Positions 21,901 to 38,400 of a stretch of 64,000 nt of DNA are shown here, in pieces (positions within the stretch are counted from its first letter, which is position 1; each line of letters opens with the position of its first letter). The stretch is from assembly GCA_964016885.1 (NCBI GenBank), contig CAXHJY010000366.1, positions 1 to 64,000 of the forward strand, given 5' to 3'. Below the pieces are notes generated by a model that was not told the origin of the DNA, ran no database searches, and saw only the letters and a list, made by a program, of their open reading frames with translations. Position numbers and translations under genes: made by a program. The stretch comes from Eledone cirrhosa (lineage: Eukaryota).

Positions 21901-24900
21901 GTAGAAGTGGTGGTGGTGGTGGCAACGATATATCGGAGGTGTTGACATCACACTCTCTCTTTCTATATATATGGTAGTTGAAGTGGTGGTGGTGGTGGTG
22001 GCAATGATATACCGGAAGTGTTGACATCACACTCTCTCTTTCTATATATATGGTAGTAGATGTGGTGGTGGTGGTGGCAACGATATATCGGAGGTGTTGA
22101 CATCACACTCTCTTTTTCTATATATATATGATAGTGGATGTGGTGGTGCTGGTGGTGGTGGCAATGATATACCGGAGGTGTTGACATCACACTCTCCCTT
22201 TCTATATATATGGTAGTTGAAGTGGTGGTGGTGGTGGCAATGATATAGCGGAAGTGTTGACATCACACTCTCTCTTTCTATATATATGGTAGTTGAAGTG
22301 GTGGTGGTGGTGGTGGCAATGTTATACCGGAAGTGTTGACATCACACTCTCTCTTTCTATATATATATGGTAGTGGAAGTGGTGGTGGTGGTGGCAATGA
22401 TATACCGGAGGTGTTGACATCACACTCTCTCTTTCTATATATATATGGTAGTGGATGTGGTGGTGCTGGTGGTGGTGGCAATGCTATACCGGAGGTGTTG
22501 ACATCACACTCTCCCTTTCTATATATATGGTAGTTGAAGTGGTGGTGGTGGTGGCAATGATATACCGGAAGTGTTGATATCACACTCTCTCTTTCTATAT
22601 ATATATGGTAGTCGAAGTGGTGGTGGTGGTGGTGACAATGATATACCGGAGGTGTTGACATCACACTCTCCCTTTCTATATATATGGTAGTTGAAGTGGT
22701 GGTGGTGGTGGTGGCAATGTTATACCGGAAGTGTTGACATCACACTCTCTCTTTCTATATATATGGTAGTGGAAGTGGTGGTGGTGGTGGCAATGATATA
22801 CCGGAGGTGTTGACATCACACTCTCCCTTTCTATATATATGGTAGTTGAAGTGGTGGTGGTGGTGGCAATGATATAGCGGAAGTGTTGACATCACACTCT
22901 CTCTTTCTATATATATGGTAGTTGAAGTGGTGGTGGTGGGGGAAATGATATACCGGAGGTGTTGACATCACACGCTCTCTTTCTATATATATGGTAGTTG
23001 AAGTGATGGTGGTGGTGGCAATGATATACCGGAGGTGTTGACATCACACTCTCTCTTTCTATATATATGGTAGTTGAAGTGGTGGTGATGGTGGTGGTGG
23101 CAATGATATACCGGAGGTGTTGACATCACACTCTCTCTTTCTATATATATGGTAGTGGAAGAGGTGGTGGTGGCAATGCTATACCGGAAGTGTTGACACC
23201 ACACTCTCTCTTTCTATATATATGATAGTTGAAGTAATGGTGGTGGTGGTGGCAATGATATACCGGAAGTGTTGACATCACACTCTCTCTTTCTATATAT
23301 ATGGTAGTGGAAGAGGTGGTGGTGGTGGCAATGCTATACCGGAAGTGTTGACATCACACTCTCTCTTTCTATATATATGGTAGTTGAAGTGGTGGTGGTG
23401 GTGGCAATGATATACCGGAAGTGTTGACATCACACTCTCTCTTTCTATATATATGGTAGTGGAAGAGGTGGTGGTGGTGGCAATGCTATACCGGAAGTGA
23501 TGACATCACACTCTCTCTTTCTATATATATGGTAGTTGAAGTGGTGGTGGTGGTGGCAATGATATACCGGAAGTGTTGACATCACACTCTCTCTTTCTAT
23601 ATATATGGTAGTGGAAGAGGTGGTGGTGGTGGCAATGCTATACCGGAAGTGTTGACATCACACTCTCTCTTTCTATATATATGGTAGTGGAAGAGGTGGT
23701 GGTGGTGGCAATGCTATACCGGAAGTGTTGACATCACACTCTCTCTTTCTATATATATGGTAGTTGAAGTGGTGGTGGTGGTGGCAATGATATACCGGAA
23801 GTGTTAACATCTCCTCTCTCTTTCTATATATATGGTAGTGGAAGAGGTGATGGTGGTGGCAATGATATACCGGAAGTGTTGATATCACACTCTCTCTTTC
23901 TATATATATGGAAGTGGAAGTGGTGGTGGTGGTGGCAATGATATACCGGAAGTGTTGACATCACACTCTCTCTCTTTCTATATATATGGTAGTTGAAGTG
24001 GTGGTGGTGGTGGCAATGATATACCGGAAGTGTTGATATCACACTCTCTCTTTCTATATATATGGAAGTGGAAGTGGTGGTGGTGGTGGCAATGATATAC
24101 CGGAAGTGTTGACATCACACTCTCTCTCTTTCTATATATATGGTAGTTGAAGTGGTGGTGGTGGTGGCAATGATATACCGGAAGTGTTGATATCACACTC
24201 TCTCTTTCTATATATATGGAAGTGGAAGTGGTGGTGGTGGTGGCAACGATATACCGGAGGTGTTGACATCACACTCTCTCTCTTTCTATATATATGGTAG
24301 TGGAAGTGATGGTGGTGGTGGCAATGATATACCGGAAGTGGTGACATCACACTCTCTCTTTCTATATATATGGTAGGTGAAGTGGTGGTGGTGGTGTCAA
24401 TGATATACCGGAAGTGGTGACATCACACTCTCTCTTTCTATATATATGGTAGGTGATGTGGTGGTGGTGGTGTCAATGATATACCGGAAGTGGTGACATC
24501 ACACTCTCTCTTTCTATATATATGGTAGGTGAAGTGGTGGTGGTGGTGGCAATGATATACCGGAAGTGTTGACATCACACTCTCTCTTTCTATATATATG
24601 GTAGTAGAAGTGGTGGTGGTGGTGGCAATGATATACCGGAAGCGTTGACATCACACTCTCTCTCTTTCTATATATATGGTAGTGAAAGTGGTGGTGGTGG
24701 TGGCAATGATATACCGGAAGTGTCGACATCACACTCTCTCTTTTTATATATATGGAAGTTGAAGTGGTGGTGGTGGTGGCAATGATATACCGGTAGTGTT
24801 GACATCACACTCTCTCTTTCTATATATATGGTAGTGGAAGTGGTGGTGGTGGTGGCAATGATATACCGGAAGTGTTGATATCACACTCTCTCTTTCTATA

Positions 24901-26699
24901 TATATGGTAGTGGAAGTGGTGGTGGTGGTGGCAATGATATACCGGAAGTGTTGACATCACACACTCTCTTTCTATATATATGGTAGTGGAAGTGGTGGTG
25001 GTGGTGGCAATGATATACCGGAAGTGTTGACATCACACACTCTCTTTCTATATATATGGTAGTGGAAGTGGTGGTGGTGGTGGCAATGATATACCGGAAG
25101 TGTTGATATCACACTCTCTCTTTCTATATATATGGTAGTGGAAGTGGTGGTGGTGGTGGCAACGATATACAGGAAGTGTTGACATCACACTTTCTCTTTC
25201 TATATATATGGTAGTGGAAGTGGTGGTGGTGGTGGCAACGATATACAGGAAGTGTTGACATCACACTCTCTCTTTCTATATATATGGTAGTTGAAGTGGT
25301 GGTGGTGGTGGAAATGATATACCGGAAGTGTTGACATCACACTCTCTCTTTCTATATATATGGTAGTGGAAGTGGTGGTGGTGGTGGCAACGATATACAG
25401 GAAGTGTTGACATCACACTCTCTCTTTCTATATATATGGTAGTTGAAGTGGTGGTGGTGGTGGCAATGATATACCGGAAGTGTTGACATCACACACTCTC
25501 TTTCTATAGATATGGTAGTGAAAGTGGTGGTGGTGGTGGCAATGATATACCGGAAGTGTTGATATCACACTCTCCCTTTCTATATATATATGGTAGTTGA
25601 AATGGTGGTTGTGGTGGTGGCAACGATATACCGGTAGTGTTGACATCACACTCTCTCTTTCTATATATATGGTAGTGGAAGTGGTGGTGGTGGTGGCAAC
25701 GATATACCGGAAGTGTTGACATCACACTCTCTCTTTCTATATATATGGTAGTGGAAGTGGTGGTGGTGGTTGCAATGATATACTGGAGGTGTTGACATCA
25801 CACTCTCTCTTTCTATATATATGGTAGTAGAAGTCGTGGTGTTGGTGGCAATGATATACCAGAAGTGTTGACATCACACTCTCTCTTTCTATATATATGG
25901 TAGTGGAAGTGGTGGTGGTGGTTGTAATGATATATTGGAGGTGTTGACATCACACTCTCTCTTTCTATATATATGGTAGTTGAAGTGGTGGTGGCAATGA
26001 TATACCGGAAGTGTTGACATCACACTCTCTCTTTCTATATATATGGTAGTAGAAGTGGTGGTGGTGGTGGCAATGATATACCGGAAGTGTTGACATCACA
26101 CTCTCTCTCTTTCTATTTATATGGTAGTTGAAGTGATGGTGGTGGTGGTGGCAATGATATACCGGAAGTGTTGACATCACTCTCTCTCTTTCTGTATATA
26201 TGGTAGTAGAAGTGGTAGTGGTGGTGGTAATGATATACCGGAAGTGTTGACATCACACTCTCTCTTTCTATATATATGGTAGTTGAAGTGGTGGTGGTGG
26301 TGGTGGCAATGAAATACCGGAAGTGTTGATATCACACTCTCTCTTTCTATATATATGGTAGTGGAAGTGGTGGTGGTGGTGGTAATGATATACCGGAAGT
26401 GTTGACATCACACTCTCTCTTTCTATATATATGGTAGTGGAAGAGGTGGTGGTGGTGGCAATGATATACCGGAAGTGTTTAACATCACACTCTCTCTTTC
26501 TATATATATGGTTGTTGAAGTGGTGGTGGTGGTGGCAATGATATACCGGAAGTGTTGACATCACACTCTCTCTTTCTATATATATGGTAGTAGAAGAGGT
26601 GGTGGTGGTGGCAATGATATACCGGAAGTGTTGACATCACACTCTCTCTTTCTATATATATGGTAGTTGAAGTGGTGGTGGTGGCAATGATATACCGGA

Positions 26700-29500
26700 A
26701 GTGTTGACATCACACTCTCTCTTTCTATATATATGGTAGTTGAAGTGGTGGTGGTGGTGGCAATGATATACCGGAGGTGTTGACATCACACTCTCTCTTT
26801 CTATATATATGGTAGTTGAAGTGGTGGTGGTGGTGGTGGAAATGATATACCGGAAGTGTTGACACCACTCTCTCTCTCTTTCTATATATATGGTAGTTGA
26901 AGTGGTGGTGGTGGTGGCAATGATATACCGGAGGTGTTGACATCACACTCTCTCTTTCTACATATATGGTAGGTGAAGTGGTGGTGGTGCTGGCAATGAT
27001 ATACCGGAAGTGTTGACATCACACTCTCTCTTTCTATATATATGGTAGTTGAAGTGGTGGTGGTGGTGGCAATGATATACCGGAAGTGTTGATATCGCAC
27101 TCTCTCTTTCTATATATATGGTAGTGGAAGTGGTGGTGGTGGTGGCAACGATATACCGGAGGTGTTGAGATCACACTCTCTCTCTTTCTATATATATGGT
27201 AGTGGAAGTGGTGGTGGTGGTGGCAACGATATACCGGAGGTGTTGACATCACACTCTCTCTCTTTCTATATATATGCTAGTAGAAGTGGTGGTGGTGGTG
27301 GTGGTGGTGGCAATGATATACCGGAGGTGTTGACATCACACTCTCTCTTTCTATATATATGCTAGTAGAAGTAGTGGTGGTGGTGGTGGTGGGGGAAATG
27401 ATATACCGGTAGTGTTGACATCACACTCTCTCTTTCTATATATATGGTAGTAGGAGTGGTGGTGGTGGTGGTGGTGGCAATGATATACCGGAGGTGTTGA
27501 CATCACACTCTCTCTTTCTATATATATGGTAGTTGAAGTGGTGGTGGTGGTGGTGGCAATGATATACCGGAAGTGTTGACATCACACTCTCTCTTTCTAT
27601 ATATATGGTAGTAGAAGTGGTGGTGGTGGTGGCAACGATATATCGGAGGTGTTGACATCACACTCTCTCTTTTTATATATATGGTAGTTGAAGTGGTGGT
27701 GGTGGTGGTGGCAATGATATACCGGAAGTGTTGACATCACACTCTCTCTTTCTACATATATGGTAGGTGAAGTGGTGGTGGTGCTGGCAATGATATACCG
27801 GAAGTGTTGACATCACACTCTCTCTTTCTATATATATGGTAGTTGAAGTGGTGGTGGTGGTGGTGGCAATGATATACCGGAAGTGTTGACATCACACTCT
27901 CTCTTTCTATATATATGGTAGTAGAAGTGGTGGTGGTGGTGGCAACGATATATCGGAGGTGTTGACATCACACTCTCTCTTTCTATATATATATGGTAGT
28001 GGATGTGGTGGTGCTGGTGGTGGTGGCAATGATATACCGGAGGTGTTGACATCACACTCTCCCTTTCTATATATATGGTAGTTGAAGTGGTGGTGGTGGT
28101 GGTGGCAATGATATACCGGAAGTGTTGACATCACACTCTCTCTTTCTATATATATGGTAGTTGAAGTGGTGGTGGTGGTGGCAATGATATACCGGAGGTG
28201 TTGACATCACACTCTCTCTTTCTATATATATGGTAGTTGAAGTGGTGGTGGTGGTGGTGGAAATGATATACCGGAAGTGTTGACACCACTCTCTCTCTCT
28301 TTCTATATATATGGTAGTTGAAGTGGTGGTGGTGGTGGCAATGATATACCGGAGGTGTTGACATCACACTCTCTCTTTCTACATATATGGTAGGTGAAGT
28401 GGTGGTGGTGCTGGCAATGATATACCGGAAGTGTTGACATCACACTCTCTCTTTCTATATATATGGTAGTTGAAGTGGTGGTGGTGGTGGCAATGATATA
28501 CCGGAAGTGTTGATATCGCACTCTCTCTTTCTATATATATGGTAGTGGAAGTGGTGGTGGTGGTGGCAACGATATACCGGAGGTGTTGAGATCACACTCT
28601 CTCTCTTTCTATATATATGGTAGTGGAAGTGGTGGTGGTGGTGGCAACGATATACCGGAGGTGTTGACATCACACTCTCTCTCTTTCTATATATATGCTA
28701 GTAGAAGTGGTGGTGGTGGTGGTGGTGGTGGCAATGATATACCGGAGGTGTTGACATCACACTCTCTCTTTCTATATATATGCTAGTAGAAGTGGTGGTG
28801 GTGGTGGTGGTGGGGGAAATGATATACCGGTAGTGTTGACATCACACTCTCTCTTTCTATATATATGGTAGTAGGAGTGGTGGTGGTGGTGGTGGTGGCA
28901 ATGATATACCGGAGGTGTTGACATCACACTCTCTCTTTCTATATATATGGTAGTTGAAGTGGTGGTGGTGGTGGTGGCAATGATATACCGGAAGTGTTGA
29001 CATCACACTCTCTCTTTCTATATATATGGTAGTAGAAGTGGTGGTGGTGGTGGCAACGATATATCGGAGGTGTTGACATCACACTCTCTCTTTTTATATA
29101 TATGGTAGTTGAAGTGGTGGTGGTGGTGGTGGCAATGATATACCGGAAGTGTTGACATCACACTCTCTCTTTCTACATATATGGTAGGTGAAGTGGTGGT
29201 GGTGCTGGCAATGATATACCGGAAGTGTTGACATCACACTCTCTCTTTCTATATATATGGTAGTTGAAGTGGTGGTGGTGGTGGTGGCAATGATATACCG
29301 GAAGTGTTGACATCACACTCTCTCTTTCTATATATATGGTAGTAGAAGTGGTGGTGGTGGTGGCAACGATATATCGGAGGTGTTGACATCACACTCTCTC
29401 TTTCTATATATATATGGTAGTGGATGTGGTGGTGCTGGTGGTGGTGGCAATGATATACCGGAGCTGTTGACATCACACTCTCCCTTTCTATATATATGGT
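26700..29500 (+). repeat. Tandem higher-order duplication, period 1421 bp; boundaries approximate
   Basis: Constant ORF offsets 26725/28146, 27034/28455, 27162/28583 and 27828/29249; the GTTGAGATC variant is shared. Confidence 0.92.
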
Positions 29501-32500
29501 AGTTGAAGTGGTGGTGGTGGTGGCAATGATATAGCGGAAGTGTTGACATCACACTCTCTCTTTCTATATATATATGGTAGTGGAAGTGGTGGTGGTGGTG
29601 GTGACAATGATATACCGGAGGTGTTGACATCACACTCTCTCTTTCTATATATATGGTAGTAGAAGTGGTGGTGGTGGTGGTGGCAATGATATACCGGAGG
29701 TGTTGACATCACACTCTCTCTTTCTATATATATGGTAGTAGAAGTCGTGGTGTTGGTGGCAATGATATACCAGAAGTGTTGACATCACACTCTCTCTTTC
29801 TATATATATGGTAGTGGAAGTGGTGGTGGTGGTTGTAATGATATATTGGAGGTGTTGACATCACACTCTCTCTTTCTATATATATGGTAGTTGAAGTGGT
29901 GGTGGCAATGATATACCGGAAGTGTTGACATCACACTCTCTCTTTCTATATATATGGTAGTAGAAGTGGTGGTGGTGGTGGCAATGATATACCGGAAGTG
30001 TTGACATCACACTCTCTCTCTTTCTATTTATATGGTAGTTGAAGTGATGGTGGTGGTGGTGGCAATGATATACCGGAAGTGTTGACATCACTCTCTCTCT
30101 TTCTGTATATATGGTAGTAGAAGTGGTGGTGGTGGTGGTAATGATATACCGGAAGTGTTGACATCACACTCTCTCTTTCTATATATATGGTAGTTGAAGT
30201 GGTGGTGGTGGTGGTGGCAATGAAATACCGGAAGTGTTGATATCACACTCTCTCTTTCTATATATATGGTAGTGGAAGTGGTGGTGGTGGTGGTAATGAT
30301 ATACCGGAAGTGTTGACATCACACTCTCTCTTTCTATATATATGGTAGTGGAAGAGGTGGTGGTGGTGGCAATGATATACCGGAAGTGTTGACATCACAC
30401 TCTCTCTTTCTATATATATGGTTATTGAAGTGGTGGTGGTGGTGGCAATGATATACCGGAAGTGTTGACATCACACTCTCTCTTTCTATATATATGGTAG
30501 TAGAAGAGGTGGTGGTGATGGCAATGATATACCGGAAGTGTTGACATCACACTCTCTCTTTCTATATATATGGTAGTTGAAGTGGTGGTGGTGGTGGCAA
30601 TGATATACCGGAAGTGTTGACATCACACTCTCTCTTTCTATATATATGGTAGTTGAAGTGGTGGTGGTGGTGGCAATGATATACCGGAGGTGTTGACATC
30701 GCACTCTCTCTTTCTATATATATGGTAGTTGAAGTGGTGGTGGTGGTGGTGGAAATGATATACCGGAAGTGTTGACATCACACTCTCTCTTTCTATATAT
30801 ATGGTAGTGGAAGTGGTGGTGCTGGTGGTGGTGGCAATGATATACCGGAGGTGTTGACATCACACTCTCCTTTTCTATATATATGGTAGTTGAAGTGGTG
30901 GTGGTGGTGGCAATGATATAGCGGAAGTGTTGACATCACACTCTCTCTTTCTATATATATATGGTAGTGGAAGTGGTGGTGGTGGTGGTGACAATGATAT
31001 ACCGGAGGTGTTGACATCACACTCTCTCTTTCTATATATATGGTAGTGGAAGTGGTGGTGGTGGTTGCAATGATATACTGGAGGTGTTGACATCACACTC
31101 TCTCTTTCTATATATATGGTAGTAGAAGTCGTGGTGTTGGTGGCAATGATATACCAGAAGTGTTGACATCACACTCTCTCTTTCTATATATATGGTAGTG
31201 GAAGTGGTGGTGGTGGTTGTAATGATATATTGGAGGTGTTGACATCACACTCTCTCTTTCTATATATATGGTAGTTGAAGTGGTGGTGGCAATGATATAC
31301 CGGAAGTGTTGACATCACACTCTCTCTTTCTATATATATGGTAGTAGAAGTGGTGGTGGTGGTGGCAATGATATACCGGAAGTGTTGACATCACACTCTC
31401 TCTCTTTCTGTATATATGGTAGTAGAAGTGGTGGTGGTGGTGGCAATGATATAGCGGAAGTGTTGACATCACACTCTCTCTTTCTATATATATATGGTAG
31501 TTGAAGTGGTGGTGGTGGTGGTGGCAATGAAATACCGGAAGTGTTGATATCACACTCTCTCTTTCTATATATATGGTAGTGGAAGTGGTGGTGGTGGTGG
31601 TAATGATATACCGGAAGTGTTGACATCACACTCTCTCTTTCTATATATATGGTAGTGGAAGAGGTGGTGGTGGTGGTGGCAATGATATACCGGAAGTGTT
31701 GACATCACACTCTCTCTTTCTATATATATGGTTGTTGAAGTGGTGGTGGTGGTTGTAATGATATATTGGAGGTGTTGACATCACACTCTCTCTTTCTATA
31801 TATATGGTAGTTGAAGTGGTGGTGGCAATGATATACCGGAAGTGTTGACATCACACTCTCTCTTTCTATATATATGGTAGTAGAAGTGGTGGTGGTGGTG
31901 GCAATGATATACCGGAAGTGTTGACATCACACTCTCTCTCTTTCTATTTATATGGTAGTTGAAGTGATGGTGGTGGTGGTGGCAATGATATACCGGAAGT
32001 GTTGACATCACTCTCTCTCTTTCTGTATATATGGTAGTAGAAGTGGTAGTGGTGGTGGTAATGATATACCGGAAGTGTTGACATCACACTCTCTCTTTCT
32101 ATATATATGGTAGTTGAAGTGGTGGTGGTGGTGGTGGCAATGAAATACCGGAAGTGTTGATATCACACTCTCTCTTTCTATATATATGGTAGTGGAAGTG
32201 GTGGTGGTGGTGGTAATGATATACCGGAAGTGTTGACATCACACTCTCTCTTTCTATATATATGGTAGTGGAAGAGGTGGTGGTGGTGGCAATGATATAC
32301 CGGAAGTGTTTAACATCACACTCTCTCTTTCTATATATATGGTTGTTGAAGTGGTGGTGGTGGTGGCAATGATATACCGGAAGTGTTGACATCACACTCT
32401 CTCTTTCTATATATATGGTAGTAGAAGAGGTGGTGGTGGTGGCAATGATATACCGGAAGTGTTGACATCACACTCTCTCTTTCTATATATATGGTAGTTG

Positions 32501-33269
32501 AAGTGGTGGTGGTGGTGGCAATGATATACCGGAAGTGTTGACATCACACTCTCTCTTTCTATATATATGGTAGTTGAAGTGGTGGTGGTGGTGGCAATGA
32601 TATACCGGAGGTGTTGACATCACACTCTCTCTTTCTATATATATGGTAGTTGAAGTGGTGGTGGTGGTGGTGGAAATGATATACCGGAAGTGTTGACACC
32701 ACTCTCTCTCTCTTTCTATATATATGGTAGTTGAAGTGGTGGTGGTGGTGGCAATGATATACCGGAGGTGTTGACATCACACTCTCTCTTTCTACATATA
32801 TGGTAGGTGAAGTGGTGGTGGTGCTGGCAATGATATACCGGAAGTGTTGACATCACACTCTCTCTTTCTATATATATGGTAGTTGAAGTGGTGGTGGTGG
32901 TGGCAATGATATACCGGAAGTGTTGATATCGCACTCTCTCTTTCTATATATATGGTAGTGGAAGTGGTGGTGGTGGTGGCAACGATATACCGGAGGTGTT
33001 GACATCACACTCTCTCTCTTTCTATATATATGCTAGTAGAAGTGGTGGTGGTGGTGGTGGTGGTGGCAATGATATACCGGAGGTGTTGACATCACACTCT
33101 CTCTTTCTATATATATGCTAGTAGAAGTGGTGGTGGTGGTGGTGGTGGGGGAAATGATATACCGGTAGTGTTGACATCACACTCTCTCTTTCTATATATA
33201 TGGTAGTAGGAGTGGTGGTGGTGGTGGTGGTGGCAATGATATACCGGAGGTGTTGACATCACCCTCTCT

Positions 33270-35480
33270 CTTTCTATATATATGGTAGTTGAAGTGGTGG
33301 TGGTGGTGGTGGCAATGATATACCGGAAGTGTTGACATCACACTCTCTCTTTCTATATATATGGTAGTAGAAGTGGTGGTGGTGGTGGCAACGATATATC
33401 GGAGGTGTTGACATCACACTCTCTCTTTTTATATATATGGTAGTTGAAGTGGTGGTGGTGGTGGTGGCAATGATATACCGGAAGTGTTGACATCACACTC
33501 TCTCTTTCTACATATATGGTAGGTGAAGTGGTGGTGGTGCTGGCAATGATATACCGGAAGTGTTGACATCACACTCTCTCTTTCTATATATATGGTAGTT
33601 GAAGTGGTGGTGGTGGTGGTGGCAATGATATACCGGAAGTGTTGACATCACACTCTCTCTTTCTATATATATGGTAGTAGAAGTGGTGGTGGTGGTGGCA
33701 ACGATATATCGGAGGTGTTGACATCACACTCTCTCTTTCTATATATATATGGTAGTGGATGTGGTGGTGCTGGTGGTGGTGGCAATGATATACCGGAGGT
33801 GTTGACATCACACTCTCCCTTTCTATATATATGGTAGTTGAAGTGGTGGTGGTGGTGGCAATGATATAGCGGAAGTGTTGACATCACACTCTCTCTTTCT
33901 ATATATATGGTAGTAGAAGTGGTGGTGGTGGTGGTGGCAATGATATACCGGAGGTGTTGACATCACACTCTCTCTTTCTATATATATGGTAGTAGAAGTC
34001 GTGGTGTTGGTGGCAATGATATACCAGAAGTGTTGACATCACACTCTCTCTTTCTATATATATGGTAGTGGAAGTGGTGGTGGTGGTTGTAATGATATAT
34101 TGGAGGTGTTGACATCACACTCTCTCTTTCTATATATATGGTAGTTGAAGTGGTGGTGGCAATGATATACCGGAAGTGTTGACATCACACTCTCTCTTTC
34201 TATATATATGGTAGTAGAAGTGGTGGTGGTGGTGGCAATGATATACCGGAAGTGTTGACATCACACTCTCTCTCTTTCTATTTATATGGTAGTTGAAGTG
34301 ATGGTGGTGGTGGTGGCAATGATATACCGGAAGTGTTGACATCACTCTCTCTCTTTCTGTATATATGGTAGTAGAAGTGGTGGTGGTGGTGGTAATGATA
34401 TACCGGAAGTGTTGACATCACACTCTCTCTTTCTATATATATGGTAGTTGAAGTGGTGGTGGTGGTGGTGGCAATGATATACCGGAAGTGTTGACATCAC
34501 ACTCTCTCTTTCTATATATATGGTAGTAGAAGTGGTGGTGGTGGTGGCAACGATATATCGGAGGTGTTGACATCACACTCTCTCTTTTTATATATATGGT
34601 AGTTGAAGTGGTGGTGGTGGTGGTGGCAATGATATACCGGAAGTGTTGACATCACACTCTCTCTTTCTACATATATGGTAGGTGAAGTGGTGGTGGTGCT
34701 GGCAATGATATACCGGAAGTGTTGACATCACACTCTCTCTTTCTATATATATGGTAGTTGAAGTGGTGGTGGTGGTGGTGGCAATGATATACCGGAAGTG
34801 TTGACATCACACTCTCTCTTTCTATATATATGGTAGTAGAAGTGGTGGTGGTGGTGGCAACGATATATCGGAGGTGTTGACATCACACTCTCTCTTTCTA
34901 TATATATATGGTAGTGGATGTGGTGGTGCTGGTGGTGGTGGCAATGATATACCGGAGGTGTTGACATCACACTCTCCCTTTCTATATATATGGTAGTTGA
35001 AGTGGTGGTGGTGGTGGCAATGATATAGCGGAAGTGTTGACATCACACTCTCTCTTTCTATATATATGGTAGTAGAAGTGGTGGTGGTGGTGGTGGCAAT
35101 GATATACCGGAGGTGTTGACATCACACTCTCTCTTTCTATATATATGGTAGTAGAAGTCGTGGTGTTGGTGGCAATGATATACCAGAAGTGTTGACATCA
35201 CACTCTCTCTTTCTATATATATGGTAGTGGAAGTGGTGGTGGTGGTTGTAATGATATATTGGAGGTGTTGACATCACACTCTCTCTTTCTATATATATGG
35301 TAGTTGAAGTGGTGGTGGCAATGATATACCGGAAGTGTTGACATCACACTCTCTCTTTCTATATATATGGTAGTAGAAGTGGTGGTGGTGGTGGCAATGA
35401 TATACCGGAAGTGTTGACATCACACTCTCTCTCTTTCTATTTATATGGTAGTTGAAGTGATGGTGGTGGTGGTGGTAATG
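33270..35480 (+). repeat. Tandem higher-order duplication, period 1159 bp (about 15 monomers); boundaries approximate
   Basis: Constant ORF offsets 33584/34743, 33663/34822 and 34130/35289. Confidence 0.9.
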
Positions 35481-38400
35481 ATATACCGGAAGTGTTGACA
35501 TCACACTCTCTCTTTCTATATATATGGTAGTTGAAGTGGTGGTGGTGGTGGTGGCAATGAAATACCGGAAGTGTTGATATCACACTCTCTCTTTCTATAT
35601 ATATGGTAGTGGAAGTGGTGGTGGTGGTGGTAATGATATACCGGAAGTGTTGACATCACACTCTCTCTTTCTATATATATGGTAGTGGAAGAGGTGGTGG
35701 TGGTGGCAATGATATACCGGAAGTGTTGACATCACACTCTCTCTTTCTATATATATGGTTATTGAAGTGGTGGTGGTGGTGGCAATGATATACCGGAAGT
35801 GTTGACATCACACTCTCTCTTTCTATATATATGGTAGTAGAAGAGGTGGTGGTGATGGCAATGATATACCGGAAGTGTTGACATCACACTCTCTCTTTCT
35901 ATATATATGGTAGTTGAAGTGGTGGTGGTGGTGGCAATGATATACCGGAAGTGTTGACATCACACTCTCTCTTTCTATATATATGGTAGTTGAAGTGGTG
36001 GTGGTGGTGGCAATGATATACCGGAGGTGTTGACATCGCACTCTCTCTTTCTATATATATGGTAGTTGAAGTGGTGGTGGTGGTGGTGGAAATGATATAC
36101 CGGAAGTGTTGACATCACACTCTCTCTTTCTATATATATATGGTAGTGGAAGTGGTGGTGGTGGTGGTGACAATGATATACCGGAGGTGTTGACATCACA
36201 CTCTCTCTTTCTATATATATGGTAGTGGAAGTGGTGGTGGTGGTTGCAATGATATACTGGAGGTGTTGACATCACACTCTCTCTTTCTATATATATGGTA
36301 GTAGAAGTCGTGGTGTTGGTGGCAATGATATACCAGAAGTGTTGACATCACACTCTCTCTTTCTATATATATGGTAGTGGAAGTGGTGGTGGTGGTTGTA
36401 ATGATATATTGGAGGTGTTGACATCACACTCTCTCTTTCTATATATATGGTAGTTGAAGTGGTGGTGGCAATGATATACCGGAAGTGTTGACATCACACT
36501 CTCTCTTTCTATATATATGGTAGTAGAAGTGGTGGTGGTGGTGGCAATGATATACCGGAAGTGTTGACATCACACTCTCTCTCTTTCTATTTATATGGTA
36601 GTTGAAGTGATGGTGGTGGTGGTGGCAATGATATACCGGAAGTGTTGACATCACTCTCTCTCTTTCTGTATATATGGTAGTAGAAGTGGTGGTGGTGGTG
36701 GCAATGATATAGCGGAAGTGTTGACATCACACTCTCTCTTTCTATATATATATGGTAGTTGAAGTGGTGGTGGTGGTGGTGGCAATGAAATACCGGAAGT
36801 GTTGATATCACACTCTCTCTTTCTATATATATGGTAGTGGAAGTGGTGGTGGTGGTGGTAATGATATACCGGAAGTGTTGACATCACACTCTCTCTTTCT
36901 ATATATATGGTAGTGGAAGAGGTGGTGGTGGTGGTGGCAATGATATACCGGAAGTGTTGACATCACACTCTCTCTTTCTATATATATGGTAGTAGAAGAG
37001 GTGGTGGTGGTGGCAATGATATACCGGAAGTGTTGACATCACACTCTCTCTTTCTATATATATGGTTGTTGAAGTGGTGGTGGTGGTGGTAATGATATAC
37101 CGGAAGTGTTGACATCACACTCTCTCTTTCTATATATATGGTAGTGGAAGAGGTGGTGGTGGTGGTGGCAATGATATACCGGAAGTGTTGACATCACACT
37201 CTCTCTTTCTATATATATGGTAGTTGAAGTGGTGGTGGTGGTGGCAATGATATACCGGAAGTGTTGACATCACACTCTCTCTTTCTATATATATGGTAGT
37301 TGAAGTGGTGGTGGTGGTGGCAATGATATACCGGAAGTGTTGACATCACACTCTCTCTTTCTATATATATGGTAGTGGAAGTGGTTGTGGTGGTGGCAAT
37401 GATATACCGGAAGTGTTGACATCACACTCTCTCTTTCTATATATATGGTAGTTGAAGTGATGGTGGTGGTGGTGGCAATGATATACCGGAAGTGTTGACA
37501 CCACTCTCTCTCTCTTTCTATATATATGGTAGTTGAAGTGGTGGTGGTGGTGGCAATGATATACCGGAGGTGTTGACATCACACTCTCTCTTTCTACATA
37601 TATGGTAGGTGAAGTGGTGGTGGTGCTGGCAATGATATACCGGAAGTGTTGACATCACACTCTCTCTTTCTATATATATGGTAGTTGAAGTGGTGGTGGT
37701 GGTGGCAATGATATACCGGAAGTGTTGATATCGCACTCTCTCTTTCTATATATATGGTAGTGGAAGTGGTGGTGGTGGTGGCAACGATATACCGGAGGTG
37801 TTGACATCACACTCTCTCTCTTTCTATATATATGGTAGTGGAAGTGGTGGTGGTGGTGGCAACGATATACCGGAGGTGTTGACATCACACTCTCTCTTTC
37901 TATATATATGCTAGTAGAAGTGGTGGTGGTGGTGGTGGTGGGGGAAATGATATACCGGTAGTGTTGACATCACACTCTCTCTTTCTATATATATGGTAGT
38001 AGGAGTGGTGGTGGTGGTGGTGGTGGCAATGATATACCGGAGGTGTTGACATCACACTCTCTCTTTCTATATATATGGTAGTTGAAGTGGTGGTGGTGGT
38101 GGTGGCAATGATATACCGGAAGTGTTGACATCACACTCTCTCTTTCTATATATATGGTAGTAGAAGTGGTGGTGGTGGTGGCAACGATATATCGGAGGTG
38201 TTGACATCACCCTCTCTCTTTTTATATATATGGTAGTTGAAGTGGTGGTGGTGGTGGTGGCAATGATATACCGGAAGTGTTGACATCACACTCTCTCTTT
38301 CTACATATATGGTAGGTGAAGTGGTGGTGGTGCTGGCAATGATATACCGGAAGTGTTGACATCACACTCTCTCTTTCTATATATATGGTAGTTGAAGTGG